From NCBI GenBank assembly GCA_903858075.1, contig CAIOHI010000220.1, positions 1-31,638 of the forward strand: a DNA stretch of 31,638 nt, read 5' to 3'. Shown here one piece after another: positions 1 through 8,667 of this stretch (its first letter is position 1; the number at the start of each line of letters is the position of its first letter). Under the pieces are notes generated by a model. It ran no database searches, was not told the DNA's origin, and was given only the letters and a program-made list of their open reading frames with translations. Source of the DNA: an uncultured Actinomycetes bacterium. GTDB taxonomy: Bacteria; Actinomycetota; Acidimicrobiia; Acidimicrobiales; Ilumatobacteraceae. A program made the position numbers and the translations under genes.

Positions 1-921
1 GTGTTGTCTGTGTTGTTGAACAACTGCGGTTGGTGCCCAAAAAGCTTCATTGGGCATACCAATGACTTCTTTAGTTCGAGTGATGTGATCTTCAAGAAAT
101 GGGTTTCCATGTGCGGCATGCTTGCCGGCGAAATCTGGCGATGGAAAGCCGATTCGCGTTGGCAAAATGACAAGAGTTGGTTGACCAACATGTTGTTTAG
201 CCCGCAAGAGGACCTTCTCTAATGCGTCGCAGTCTTGAGAAATATCTTCACACTCAATAACGTTCCATTGGTACGAACGAAAGCGTTCAGCAACATTGTC
301 TGAACAAGTGAGGTCCAATGCACCGTCAATGGTGATTTTGTTGTCGTCAAAAATTGCTACCAAATGATCGAGCTTCAAATGACCCGCCAAAGATGCCGCT
401 TCGTGGCTAATTCCTTCCATTAAGCAACCATCACCCACAATCACATACGTGTGATGGTCAACAAGGTCGCTGCCCAGTTCGGCGCGTAGATGAGATTCGG
501 CAATAGCCATACCAACTGCGTTCGCAAAACCCTGGCCAAGCGGACCGGTAGTGACTTCAACACCAGTTGTATGACCAACCTCTGGGTGTCCAGGAGTTAA
601 AGAACCCAACTGTCGAAAGTCTTTGATGTCTCCAATTTCCAGGCCATAACCATTGAGGAACAGGTTGGCGTACTGCAAAATGGAAGCGTGACCATTGGAC
701 AAAATGAATCGGTCACGGTTTAACCACAGTGGGTCGGCTGGGTTGTGGTTCATCACCCGTGAATACAAGACATGGGCGAGAGGAGCAAGGGTCATCGCCG
801 TACCTTGATGGCCACTTTTCGCATAAAACGGTGCGTCCATAGCGAAACCTTGAATAATGGCAATTGCGTTCGCATCGAAAGATGCTGGGTCGAGTGACCC
901 GATTGAAGGTGCTGTTGTCAC
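1..921 (-). CDS. tkt: Transketolase, N-terminal 307 codons; runs off the left edge
   Basis: Translated by hand (not in the ORF track). GTG at 921; contains SGHQGTAM, NRDRFILSNGHAS, TPGHPEVGHTTGVEVTTGPLGQG and the ThDP-binding GDGCLMEGISHEAASLAGH..DDN motif. Confidence 0.96.
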   Translation of the reverse strand, partial: MTTAPSIGSLDPASFDANAIAIIQGFAMDAPFYAKSGHQGTAMTLAPLAHVLYSRVMNHNPADPLWLNRDRFILSNGHASILQYANLFLNGYGLEIGDIKDFRQLGSLTPGHPEVGHTTGVEVTTGPLGQGFANAVGMAIAESHLRAELGSDLVDHHTYVIVGDGCLMEGISHEAASLAGHLKLDHLVAIFDDNKITIDGALDLTCSDNVAERFRSYQWNVIECEDISQDCDALEKVLLRAKQHVGQPTLVILPTRIGFPSPDFAGKHAAHGNPFLEDHITRTKEVIGMPNEAFWAPTAVVQQHRQH

Positions 922-930
922 AACGAAAGA

Positions 931-1332
931 CTAATCGGCGACAGGGGGGAGAAGGGTTAACGGCACGATGTTCCACGCGTCTTGGTTCAGACGGCAATGG
1001 GCGAAAATTTGACAATATTCGGTGAATTCCAGTTCGGCGCGCACAAGACGATATGTGAACTTCCCCGGATCAACACGAAATGGACTGACGTTGCGTGCAA
1101 TTTGCTCGCTGTCTTGGGAAATTCCTTTACGGAAAACAACCTCAAAAATACCCTCGCCTTTTTCGTTGGGTTCACAAAAGATGAGCGCAACAAAGTGGGG
1201 CGTGAGCGTAAGTGGCAGTTCGCCCTGCGCAACAGTGGAGAAGAAGGCTCCTGTTATATCGATGCGAGTGGCTGGACCCGCAACCTGGCGAGTTTCAAAA
1301 TTATCCATGAAGAGGCTAGAAACGAGATGCAT
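931..1332 (-). CDS. Hypothetical protein, 133 aa, predicted beta-rich; probably co-transcribed with tkt
   Basis: Track ORF 931..1350 begins at TTG. ATG 1332 (MHLVSSLF) is preferred because TAGATT lies 7 nt upstream. Ends 9 nt before the tkt start. Confidence 0.7.
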   Translation of the reverse strand: MHLVSSLFMDNFETRQVAGPATRIDITGAFFSTVAQGELPLTLTPHFVALIFCEPNEKGEGIFEVVFRKGISQDSEQIARNVSPFRVDPGKFTYRLVRAELEFTEYCQIFAHCRLNQDAWNIVPLTLLPPVAD

Positions 1333-1339
1333 TGGAGGA

Positions 1340-1345
1340 AATCTA
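1340..1345 (-). promoter_or_regulatory. -10 hexamer TAGATT, probable leaderless promoter
   Basis: TANNNT followed by 7 nt, then ATG at 1332. Confidence 0.55.
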
Positions 1346-1389
1346 CTCAAGGCGCACTCTGGGAGCCCAGTTGATTGTGGCTAAAGAAC

Positions 1390-1395
1390 TAATCT
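1390..1395 (+). promoter_or_regulatory. -10 hexamer TAATCT, probable leaderless promoter
   Basis: TANNNT-N6-ATG (1402); no Shine-Dalgarno. Confidence 0.65.
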
Positions 1396-1401
1396 TTCGC
1401 C

Positions 1402-3552
1402 ATGAGCACTTTGTCAGAATTCGCCAGTAAAGAAATCCTCGCGCGGCACGGTCTCCCTATTTTGCAAGAAAGAGTCGTTACCAACAGTTCCGAGGTCAAC
1501 GGAGTACTGGCTCAAATGAGCCTGCCCGTGGTTGCAAAGCTGTGTGGCCCTTCAATTGCCCATAAAACCGAGCGTGGTCTCGTCAAATTAAATCTCCAAA
1601 CAAATGACGATGTGGTGAAGGCCGTCAATGACCTTCTTGCTGCGGCTGTGCCTGACGATGGGGAAGTGGAAGTGCTGATTGCACCTATGGTCAAGAGCAG
1701 CCGAGAATTCATTGCTGGCGTGGTACGTGATGCTCAATTCGGCGCCAATGTCATGCTTGGAGTCGGTGGTGTGCTGGCGGAAGCCATCGCAGACGTTGTA
1801 TTCCGACCAGTTCCTTTGAGCACACACGATGCCCACGAAATGGTCACTGAACTGCGATCACAAAAGTTGTTAGGCGAATTTCGCGGTGAGCCTGCGGTCT
1901 CTATTGATGCACTGGTAAGAGTCTTATTGGCGCTATCAAATGTCAGCGTGGAACGCTCCGATATTGCGTCAATCGATCTGAACCCTTTGCTTGTGACCAG
2001 TACAGGCGAAGTAGTAGCTGTAGATGCTCTTGTAGAAATTGAAGATGCATTCACCACCACAACGAATCAAGCCTTAGCATCGTCTGTATTAGATGACGAG
2101 CATTTCCGTGCCCTTTTTGAACCAAAGGGCGTTGTGGTAACTGGAGCCTCTAGTCATCCAGGGAAATTTGGTTTTGTTTCGGTTCACAACATTTTGGCAA
2201 GTGGCTATAGCGGTGCGGTTTTTGGTACCAATCTTTCCCAAGAAGAGGTACTAGGTATAAAAACGGTGGCAAGTTTGGACGACATTCCAAAAGATGCTGC
2301 AGATCTTGTTTTCGTGTGTACACCAAGTAGCGCCAACCCAGAAATTCTTAGGGCATGTGCACGGCGTGGAATTAAAGCGGCCTTTCTTACTTCTGCTGGT
2401 TACGGCGAAGCAGGAGAGGAAGGAATTCGCTTAGAAAAAGAACTCATTGCACTAGCTAATGAACTGGGAATTTTGCTCGCGGGTCCAAATGGCCAAGGGG
2501 TAGTAAGTACTCCATCTCAATTATGTGCGCAGATCGTTGCTCCGTATCCCCCACGAGGCCGCATTGGCGTCGCCAGTCAAAGTGGAAACTTTGTTTCCAG
2601 CTTCCTGAACTACTCGCGTCAAAGTGGGGTAGGTGTTAGCCGCGCTGTCTCTGCGGGAAACGCTGCTTGTGTGTCGGTTGCTGATTATCTGAAATGGTAT
2701 TCGACCGACGAGGAAACTTCTGTCGGGCTTGCATATTTAGAGGGCATCTTCGATGGAAAACACTTAATGGATCAGCTTCAGCAGGTCACAATGAAAATGC
2801 CATTGGTCGTCATGAAAGGTGGAGCAACCGAAGCGGGGGCAAAAGCTGCTGCTAGCCATACCGGTGCTCTTGCCGCTAACGACAAGGTGTTCGATGGGGC
2901 GTGTCGACAAAGTGGAATTAGCAGAGCAAAGAACGTTGAAGAGGCATTCGATACTGCAGCAGGTTTTGCTACGCAGCCGTTGCCCAAAGGTGGACGTACG
3001 GTTATTTTGACCACGGCAGGTGGATGGGGCGTTGTCACTTCCGACGCTTTGATGTCAACACAAGAACTGACATTGGTAGATCTACCCGATGACCTGAAGG
3101 CAGCTATCGATGAAAAGCTTCCACCGCGTTGGAGCAAGAGCAACCCAGTCGATTGCGCAGGTGGAGAAACTCGCGACACCATTCCGGAAGTGATGGGGCT
3201 TATTGCTCGTCATAAAGATGTCGATGCCGTCATTTATCTCGGTATTGGCATTCAATCGAACCAAGCCCGACTGATGCATGAAGGCAAGTTTTACCCCGAC
3301 CATGGTCTTGAGCGCATTGTTGCTTACCACGAACGCCAAGATGCTCGCTTCGCCGAAGCGGCAGATGAACTTATCAAAGAAACCGGTAAGCCAATTCTCA
3401 TCGCTAGTGAATTAGCTATAGGAGACCCAGAGAACGCTGGTCCACGCACGGTACGTGAGACTGGTCGGTATTGCTTTCCAAGTGGCCACAGAGCAGTAGC
3501 TGCCCTAGCTCATATGGTGCGCTACTCGAAATACCTTTCTGTTCATCAATGA
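1402..3552 (+). CDS. ADP-forming acetate/acyl-CoA ligase (ACD family), ATP-grasp domain N-terminal to the CoA-binding and ligase domains
   Basis: N-terminal PVVAKL..HKTERGLVKLNL and DLNPL..VDALV; then FEPKGVVVTGAS, GPNGQG, SQSG and the phospho-His motif ASHTGALA. Confidence 0.9.
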   Translation: MSTLSEFASKEILARHGLPILQERVVTNSSEVNGVLAQMSLPVVAKLCGPSIAHKTERGLVKLNLQTNDDVVKAVNDLLAAAVPDDGEVEVLIAPMVKSSREFIAGVVRDAQFGANVMLGVGGVLAEAIADVVFRPVPLSTHDAHEMVTELRSQKLLGEFRGEPAVSIDALVRVLLALSNVSVERSDIASIDLNPLLVTSTGEVVAVDALVEIEDAFTTTTNQALASSVLDDEHFRALFEPKGVVVTGASSHPGKFGFVSVHNILASGYSGAVFGTNLSQEEVLGIKTVASLDDIPKDAADLVFVCTPSSANPEILRACARRGIKAAFLTSAGYGEAGEEGIRLEKELIALANELGILLAGPNGQGVVSTPSQLCAQIVAPYPPRGRIGVASQSGNFVSSFLNYSRQSGVGVSRAVSAGNAACVSVADYLKWYSTDEETSVGLAYLEGIFDGKHLMDQLQQVTMKMPLVVMKGGATEAGAKAAASHTGALAANDKVFDGACRQSGISRAKNVEEAFDTAAGFATQPLPKGGRTVILTTAGGWGVVTSDALMSTQELTLVDLPDDLKAAIDEKLPPRWSKSNPVDCAGGETRDTIPEVMGLIARHKDVDAVIYLGIGIQSNQARLMHEGKFYPDHGLERIVAYHERQDARFAEAADELIKETGKPILIASELAIGDPENAGPRTVRETGRYCFPSGHRAVAALAHMVRYSKYLSVHQ

Positions 3553-4973
3553 CCTCTACACCGCGCCCAAGCACACAACGCCGTACACGCCGGCCTGGGC
3601 TTGTACTCGGAGTCGTTGGTGTTCTCGGAGCACTGCCGTTAATCACCTTGTGGCTAGGTGGTAACTCTCTCGCTCAGAGAACTGCTGGTAGTGACGTTGT
3701 AAGTATTGAAAGTTTGACAACACCAATACTTTCGTCACGCAGAACTGCACAGAACATAGTTAATGAAATATCACGCGAAGCACTAGCAAATGATCTCTCA
3801 AGCGTTGCTCAAAAAATGCCGAGTAAGGCATGCTTAGAAGTGGCGCGAGGAAGTGGCGCTATCTACGAGAAACGTTCCGATTTATTACTCATACCCGGTA
3901 GCAATCAAAAAATAGTAACTGCTGCGGCAGCGGCAACTTTGCTTCCCCAATCAACTGTTTTCACCACACGCGTATTCGGCAATGTTGATGGCTCAAAGAT
4001 CACCGGGAACATCACGCTTGTTGGCGGTGGCGACCCGTTGCTCACAACGAGCGACTACGCGCAAATGGAGAAGTTTCCTACCTTGAAGCGCACTTCGCTT
4101 GAAGCACTTGCACAACGCGTATTCGATGCAGGTATTCGCACCGTGCAAGGTTCTGTAGTTGGCAACGATGATGCGCTTTCTCAAAATCGTTACGTGACTT
4201 CGTGGGGAAGTGGTGTTCGGGGAGTAGAGGGTGGTCCACTTGGCGCACTCATGGTGAATGATGGTGTTGTTGTTTCGAACCCCATCAAACCCGACGACCC
4301 CAGCCTTGCTGCGGCAACTGAATTTACGAGGGTTCTGCGAAAAATTGGCGTAGCAGTATCTGGTGAAGCATCTTCAAAAGGAACAAAGCGAGAAGGCGAC
4401 TCTGAAATTGCCAACATTGCCTCTGCACCACTGGTTGATGTCATTGCTGAAATGCTGACCAATAGCGATAACAACACTGCAGAAATACTGTTACGACACA
4501 TTGGCTTCGCTCATAACGGCAAAGGAACCACAGAATCTGGTCTTGAAGCAACAAGTCAACTCTTAAGCAGTTGGGGTTTTACAAATTATGTTCTCAAAGA
4601 CGGCTCTGGGTTGTCACGCGATAATCGCCTGACATGTTCCTTACTTGTGTCACTGCTGTCTCGTCCCGAGCTATCTGCCGTATTTGACCACGGTCTCGCC
4701 ACTGCCGGAGCAACAGGGACTCTTTCAGACACTTTCAGCAAGTCTCCTGTAGCCGGTAAATTACGGGCAAAAACGGGCACCTTGCTGAACGTGAAGTCTC
4801 TGAGTGGTTATCTGCCCCAAAAAGACGCAAGTCCTCTCTATTTTGCCTTCATTCTTAATGGCACGGCCATTGCAGACCAAGGGAACTATCGACCGCTATG
4901 GGAGGCATTAGGCCTCAGTTTGTCTCGGTATCCAGCGCGTAGTTTGACTGCGGCTTTTGGGGTCCTGCCGTAG
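3549..4973 (+). CDS. dacB: D-alanyl-D-alanine carboxypeptidase/endopeptidase (PBP4, peptidase S13)
   Basis: SxxK (PGSNQK), SxN (SDN), KTG, DGSGLSRDNR and an N-terminal hydrophobic anchor. ATG 3549 overlaps the upstream stop (ATGA), so the track start at 3471 is too long. Confidence 0.92.
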   Translation: MTSTPRPSTQRRTRRPGLVLGVVGVLGALPLITLWLGGNSLAQRTAGSDVVSIESLTTPILSSRRTAQNIVNEISREALANDLSSVAQKMPSKACLEVARGSGAIYEKRSDLLLIPGSNQKIVTAAAAATLLPQSTVFTTRVFGNVDGSKITGNITLVGGGDPLLTTSDYAQMEKFPTLKRTSLEALAQRVFDAGIRTVQGSVVGNDDALSQNRYVTSWGSGVRGVEGGPLGALMVNDGVVVSNPIKPDDPSLAAATEFTRVLRKIGVAVSGEASSKGTKREGDSEIANIASAPLVDVIAEMLTNSDNNTAEILLRHIGFAHNGKGTTESGLEATSQLLSSWGFTNYVLKDGSGLSRDNRLTCSLLVSLLSRPELSAVFDHGLATAGATGTLSDTFSKSPVAGKLRAKTGTLLNVKSLSGYLPQKDASPLYFAFILNGTAIADQGNYRPLWEALGLSLSRYPARSLTAAFGVLP

Positions 4974-5016
4974 CGTTTTGGAGTAATTTACAGAGTTCGC
5001 TGCTACAAATGGACTT

Positions 5017-5316
5017 ATGGGTTTTTCTCCCTCTCCACATGAAGATGTCCTAGATCTTGTTGTCTCGTACGCCAAACAAGAAACCATCGAACCATTGCGC
5101 GGCGCGATGCGCTGGATTCTGTGGGGTCTCGCGTCAATGGCGTTCATCTGTACCGGACTCGTCTTCCTTGTATTAGGTGTCGTGCGTGTATCACAAGACG
5201 TTTTGGGGGAGTCATTCCAACATTCATGGTCATTTGTTTCATACTTTGTTGGTGTCTTGGCATGCGGAGTAGTTGTGGCCTTTGCATTGACAAGCATTAA
5301 GAAGGATTCTTTATGA
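5017..5316 (+). CDS. Small two-TM membrane protein (YqjE/holin-like architecture)
   Basis: 99 aa with two hydrophobic helices; DLVVSYAKQETIEPLR N-terminal segment; ATGA overlap with the next gene. Confidence 0.75.
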   Translation: MGFSPSPHEDVLDLVVSYAKQETIEPLRGAMRWILWGLASMAFICTGLVFLVLGVVRVSQDVLGESFQHSWSFVSYFVGVLACGVVVAFALTSIKKDSL

Positions 5317-5522
5317 CCGCGAATGAACGCATATCCCGAGAAGACTTGGAAAAACGTTTTGCACATCTGCAAGAAGATTTCCAAGGGAAATTAGAAAACA
5401 AGAAACAAACGGTGCTTACTGTGGCAGCGGCTGCAAGCGTTGCGCTCATGTTGTGCAGTTATCTCTTCGGACGACGACGCGGCACGCGTAGATCCACTCG
5501 GGTTCAATTCCGACAAAAATGA
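5313..5522 (+). CDS. Small tail-anchored membrane protein
   Basis: 69 aa; helical N-terminus, C-terminal TM followed by GRRRG basic tail; 4-nt overlaps on both sides. Confidence 0.72.
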   Translation: MTANERISREDLEKRFAHLQEDFQGKLENKKQTVLTVAAAASVALMLCSYLFGRRRGTRRSTRVQFRQK

Positions 5523-5737
5523 GCAAACCCAAAAAATCCACTTTGGCTTCTTTGGCCTTATACATTCTTGTCGGACGAATACCTTTCGGCAAAAGGATGT
5601 TGACATCAGCCATCGCGCGTTCGCGAAAGGTAAGTGGTGTTTACTTGATATTTCGAATCGTGCGCCGGTTAGTGCGCTCCAAGGGTCAAACTGAAGTCAC
5701 CGTCATCACAAAAGAAGCAGTCATAGAGACTCATTAA
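5519..5737 (+). CDS. Small basic hypothetical protein, possibly membrane-associated
   Basis: 72 aa, ATGA-coupled to the previous gene. Confidence 0.6.
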   Translation: MSKPKKSTLASLALYILVGRIPFGKRMLTSAIARSRKVSGVYLIFRIVRRLVRSKGQTEVTVITKEAVIETH

Positions 5738-5774
5738 TACGTCTCAACTGTGATGAAGTTCCATCTCGTTCAGT

Positions 5775-5780
5775 CATACT
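5775..5780 (+). promoter_or_regulatory. -10 hexamer CATACT, probable leaderless promoter of trmI
   Basis: Hexamer-N6-ATG (5787). Confidence 0.55.
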
Positions 5781-5786
5781 AAAGGC

Positions 5787-6566
5787 ATGGATTCTCAGGG
5801 TTTTGCGCTAGGCGACAAGGTGATGTTGGTAGATCGCAAAAAAAGGCGCTACCTCATTGACCTCATCAGCACCGGAGAGTTTCATAGTCATGCCGGATTC
5901 GTGCCGCATATCGACATCGTTGGATGCTTAGATGGCGCTGAAGTGGTCTCAACCAAAGGAGCGCGATATCTCGTCTTGCGCCCAACACTTGAAGATTTTG
6001 TTGTTGAGATGCCTCGCGGTGCTCAAGTTATTTACCCCAAAGACCTAGCAACAATTTTGATGATTGCCGACATACGACCTGGGGTAAAGGTCTTGGAGTC
6101 TGGCGTCGGTTCCGGTGCGCTTTCTATGGCAATGCTGCGGGCCGGGGCCATCATTACTGGCTACGAACTGCGTGAAGATTTTGCGAATCGTGCAATTGCA
6201 AACGTCCGAGGCTTTTTAGGTGAGCAAGCTCTGAAGAACTACCACGTGGAACTTCGCAATTGCTACGACGGAATTGATGCAACCGATCTCGACCGAGTTG
6301 TTTTAGATTTGCCAGAACCTTGGCTTGTGGTTCCGCATGCAGTACAAAAAATGAAGCGCGGTGGCATTTTGGTCGCATACACGCCAAGCATCACCCAAGC
6401 AGTACAAGTACGCGAAACTTTCGACGAGCGCTGGACGAGCGAAAGAACCCTAGAAGTTTTACATCGCACATGGCATATTGAAGGCCAAGCTGTACGCCCA
6501 GACCACAGAATGGTGGCGCATACAGGTTTCCTAACAGTTGCCAGATTTATTGGAGATGTTCAATAA
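5787..6566 (+). CDS. trmI: tRNA (adenine58-N1)-methyltransferase
   Basis: MPRGAQVIYPKD, VLESGVGSGALS, DRVVLDLPEPW, VRPDHRMVAHTGFL; canonical neighbour of the Pup locus. Confidence 0.95.
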   Translation: MDSQGFALGDKVMLVDRKKRRYLIDLISTGEFHSHAGFVPHIDIVGCLDGAEVVSTKGARYLVLRPTLEDFVVEMPRGAQVIYPKDLATILMIADIRPGVKVLESGVGSGALSMAMLRAGAIITGYELREDFANRAIANVRGFLGEQALKNYHVELRNCYDGIDATDLDRVVLDLPEPWLVVPHAVQKMKRGGILVAYTPSITQAVQVRETFDERWTSERTLEVLHRTWHIEGQAVRPDHRMVAHTGFLTVARFIGDVQ

Positions 6567-6571
6567 GCCGA

Positions 6572-6817
6572 TTATGGCTCAATGAAGATGCATTCGCCGG
6601 GGCATTCCTCGGCTGATTCCACAACGGCGTCAATTTGGCTATCGGGGAAGTTTGCGAGACCGTCGGCACCCTGCGCGTTGCCTTTAGCGGTTGCAAAAAC
6701 TTTGGCACCCTCTCTGACGTAGGCCAAGCCATCATCAAGCAAAGTGAACACGTCAGGGGCAATCTCTTCACAAAGACCATCACCTGTGCACAAATCCTGA
6801 TCGATCCAGACCTTCAT
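6572..6817 (-). CDS. Single-cluster ferredoxin (CxxDxxC...CP), 81 aa
   Basis: MKVWIDQDLCTGDGLC...EECPGECI; GGAG RBS upstream of ATG 6817 (track start 6895 is too long). Confidence 0.92.
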   Translation of the reverse strand: MKVWIDQDLCTGDGLCEEIAPDVFTLLDDGLAYVREGAKVFATAKGNAQGADGLANFPDSQIDAVVESAEECPGECIFIEP

Positions 6818-6984
6818 GTTGGGGGCTCCCTCTGTATAGAACTGCGCTTCAGCAGTTGTACTGACTGGCAAAATGCTACACGGCGGGAGTCCCAAATAGG
6901 AACTTTTCGAGTTGTTTGCCCTCGCTAGTGTTTGCTGCCCAATTTCGGTAGATAATGAGGGAAACGAGGTCAGGAGCCACTGCA

Positions 6985-8661
6985 GTGTCTAGCGACAATC
7001 AACAACCTGAATCACAAGTGAACAAGTCCTCGCTGGAGTCACGCTTGCTCGAGTCCAAGGGTCAACTAGCGCGTGCCGTGGCCCAAAACGAGAAGCTTGC
7101 ATACACGCTGCGCGAATCACGTGAACACATAGCTCAGTTACGTGAAGAAGTGGAAAAGTTGACTCAGCCCCCACATGCCTATGGGGTGGTCGTAGGAAAG
7201 AATGACGACTCTTCAATAGACATTTTTATTCAGGGTCGCAAAATGAAAGTACAGCTGCATCCCGACATCGACTTCGATCTTCTCGAGCGTGGTTCTGAGG
7301 TGCTTCTCAATGACAGCATGAATGTCATTTCAACGCGTCAACCCGAAACTTCAGGCGAGGTCGTGCAACTGAAAGAGATTTGTGAAGACGGCTTCCGAGC
7401 TGTCATTACCTATCGCGGCGACGACCAAAAGATTTGCGAACTTGGAGACTCGTTGCGGGGAATGCATTTGCGACCCGGAGACCTGTTGCGCTTGGAGCCG
7501 AAAAGCAATTTGCTCATTGAACGGCTCCACCAACCTGAAGTGGAGAATCTCCTTCTCGAGGAAGTACCACTGGTGAGCTACAACGATATTGGCGGCTTAG
7601 ACGCACAGATAGAGCTCATTGCAGATGCAGTGGAACTCCCGTATCTGTATTCCGATCTATTTGCCGAATACCATCTTCCTGCACCGAAGGGGATCCTGCT
7701 TTACGGTCCTCCTGGATGCGGAAAAACCCTTATTGCCAAAGCGGTGGCAAACAGCCTTGCGAAAAAAGTAGCCGATGCAACCGGTCACGATAAAGGTCGC
7801 AGCTACTTCATCAACATCAAAGGTCCAGAGCTTCTCAATAAGTATGTTGGCGAGACTGAACGACAAATTCGACTCATCTTTCAAAGAGCTCGCGAGAAGA
7901 GTGAAGAAGGTTGGCCAGTCATTATCTTTTTCGACGAGATGGATTCAATGTTTCGTATTCGAGGATCTGGCATCAGTAGCGACATGGAATCAACAATTGT
8001 TCCGCAATTACTTGCAGAACTTGATGGTGTTGAAAGCTTGAGAAACGTCATCGTTATCGGCGCGACGAATAGGGAAGACCTCATCGATCCGGCAATTTTA
8101 CGTCCCGGGAGACTTGACGTAAAAATTAAGATAGATCGCCCGACTGCAGACGCAGCGCATCATATTTTTCGGCGTTACCTCACTTCAGAAATTCCACTTA
8201 ACACCGAGTTGCTCTCTTCATTTGAAGGATCCACCGAGGCGGCTCTTGAATCTTTGCTCTCTCACTGTGTCGCACGGATGTATAGCGATGCTGATGAAAA
8301 CCGCTTCCTTGAAGTGACATATCAAAATGGCGATAAGGAAGTTCTGTTCTTCCGCGATTTCTCGTCCGGAGCAATGATTGAAAATATTGTTCGTCGCGCC
8401 AAGAAATCGGCAATCAAACGCACTATTGAAACCGGCGAAAGGGGACTCACTGAAGGTGATCTCATTGAAGCCATCGCCCAAGAGTTCAAAGAACATGAAG
8501 ACCTGCCCAACACCACGAACCCAGACGACTGGGCACGGATCTCCGGCAAAAAGGGCGAAAGAATTGTGTTCATCCGCACACTTATTAATGAGCACGCAGA
8601 CCTTGGCGCTGCTGCGGGTGGAAAAGCAATTGATCACGTTGTAACCGGTCAGTACCTGTAG
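6985..8661 (+). CDS. arc: Proteasome AAA+ ATPase ARC/Mpa
   Basis: N-terminal coiled coil, Walker A GPPGCGKT, Walker B IIFFDEMD, GATNREDLIDPAILRPGRLD, C-terminal GQYL. AGGAG RBS favours GTG 6985; ATG 6955 is the alternative. Confidence 0.97.
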   Translation: MSSDNQQPESQVNKSSLESRLLESKGQLARAVAQNEKLAYTLRESREHIAQLREEVEKLTQPPHAYGVVVGKNDDSSIDIFIQGRKMKVQLHPDIDFDLLERGSEVLLNDSMNVISTRQPETSGEVVQLKEICEDGFRAVITYRGDDQKICELGDSLRGMHLRPGDLLRLEPKSNLLIERLHQPEVENLLLEEVPLVSYNDIGGLDAQIELIADAVELPYLYSDLFAEYHLPAPKGILLYGPPGCGKTLIAKAVANSLAKKVADATGHDKGRSYFINIKGPELLNKYVGETERQIRLIFQRAREKSEEGWPVIIFFDEMDSMFRIRGSGISSDMESTIVPQLLAELDGVESLRNVIVIGATNREDLIDPAILRPGRLDVKIKIDRPTADAAHHIFRRYLTSEIPLNTELLSSFEGSTEAALESLLSHCVARMYSDADENRFLEVTYQNGDKEVLFFRDFSSGAMIENIVRRAKKSAIKRTIETGERGLTEGDLIEAIAQEFKEHEDLPNTTNPDDWARISGKKGERIVFIRTLINEHADLGAAAGGKAIDHVVTGQYL

Positions 8662-8667
8662 TCACTT

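Noticed and set aside
1-222. Plus-strand 73-aa ORF and other small ORFs over the first 1.4 kb (713..1015, 982..1374, 987..1232, 1022..1384)
   Set aside because: They are shadows of tkt and the 931..1332 gene, which carry the motifs or promoter signals
8218-8637. 139-aa antisense ORF in arc, and similar 60-140 aa antisense or alternate-frame ORFs throughout
   Set aside because: Fully nested in well-supported genes, with no motifs or start signals
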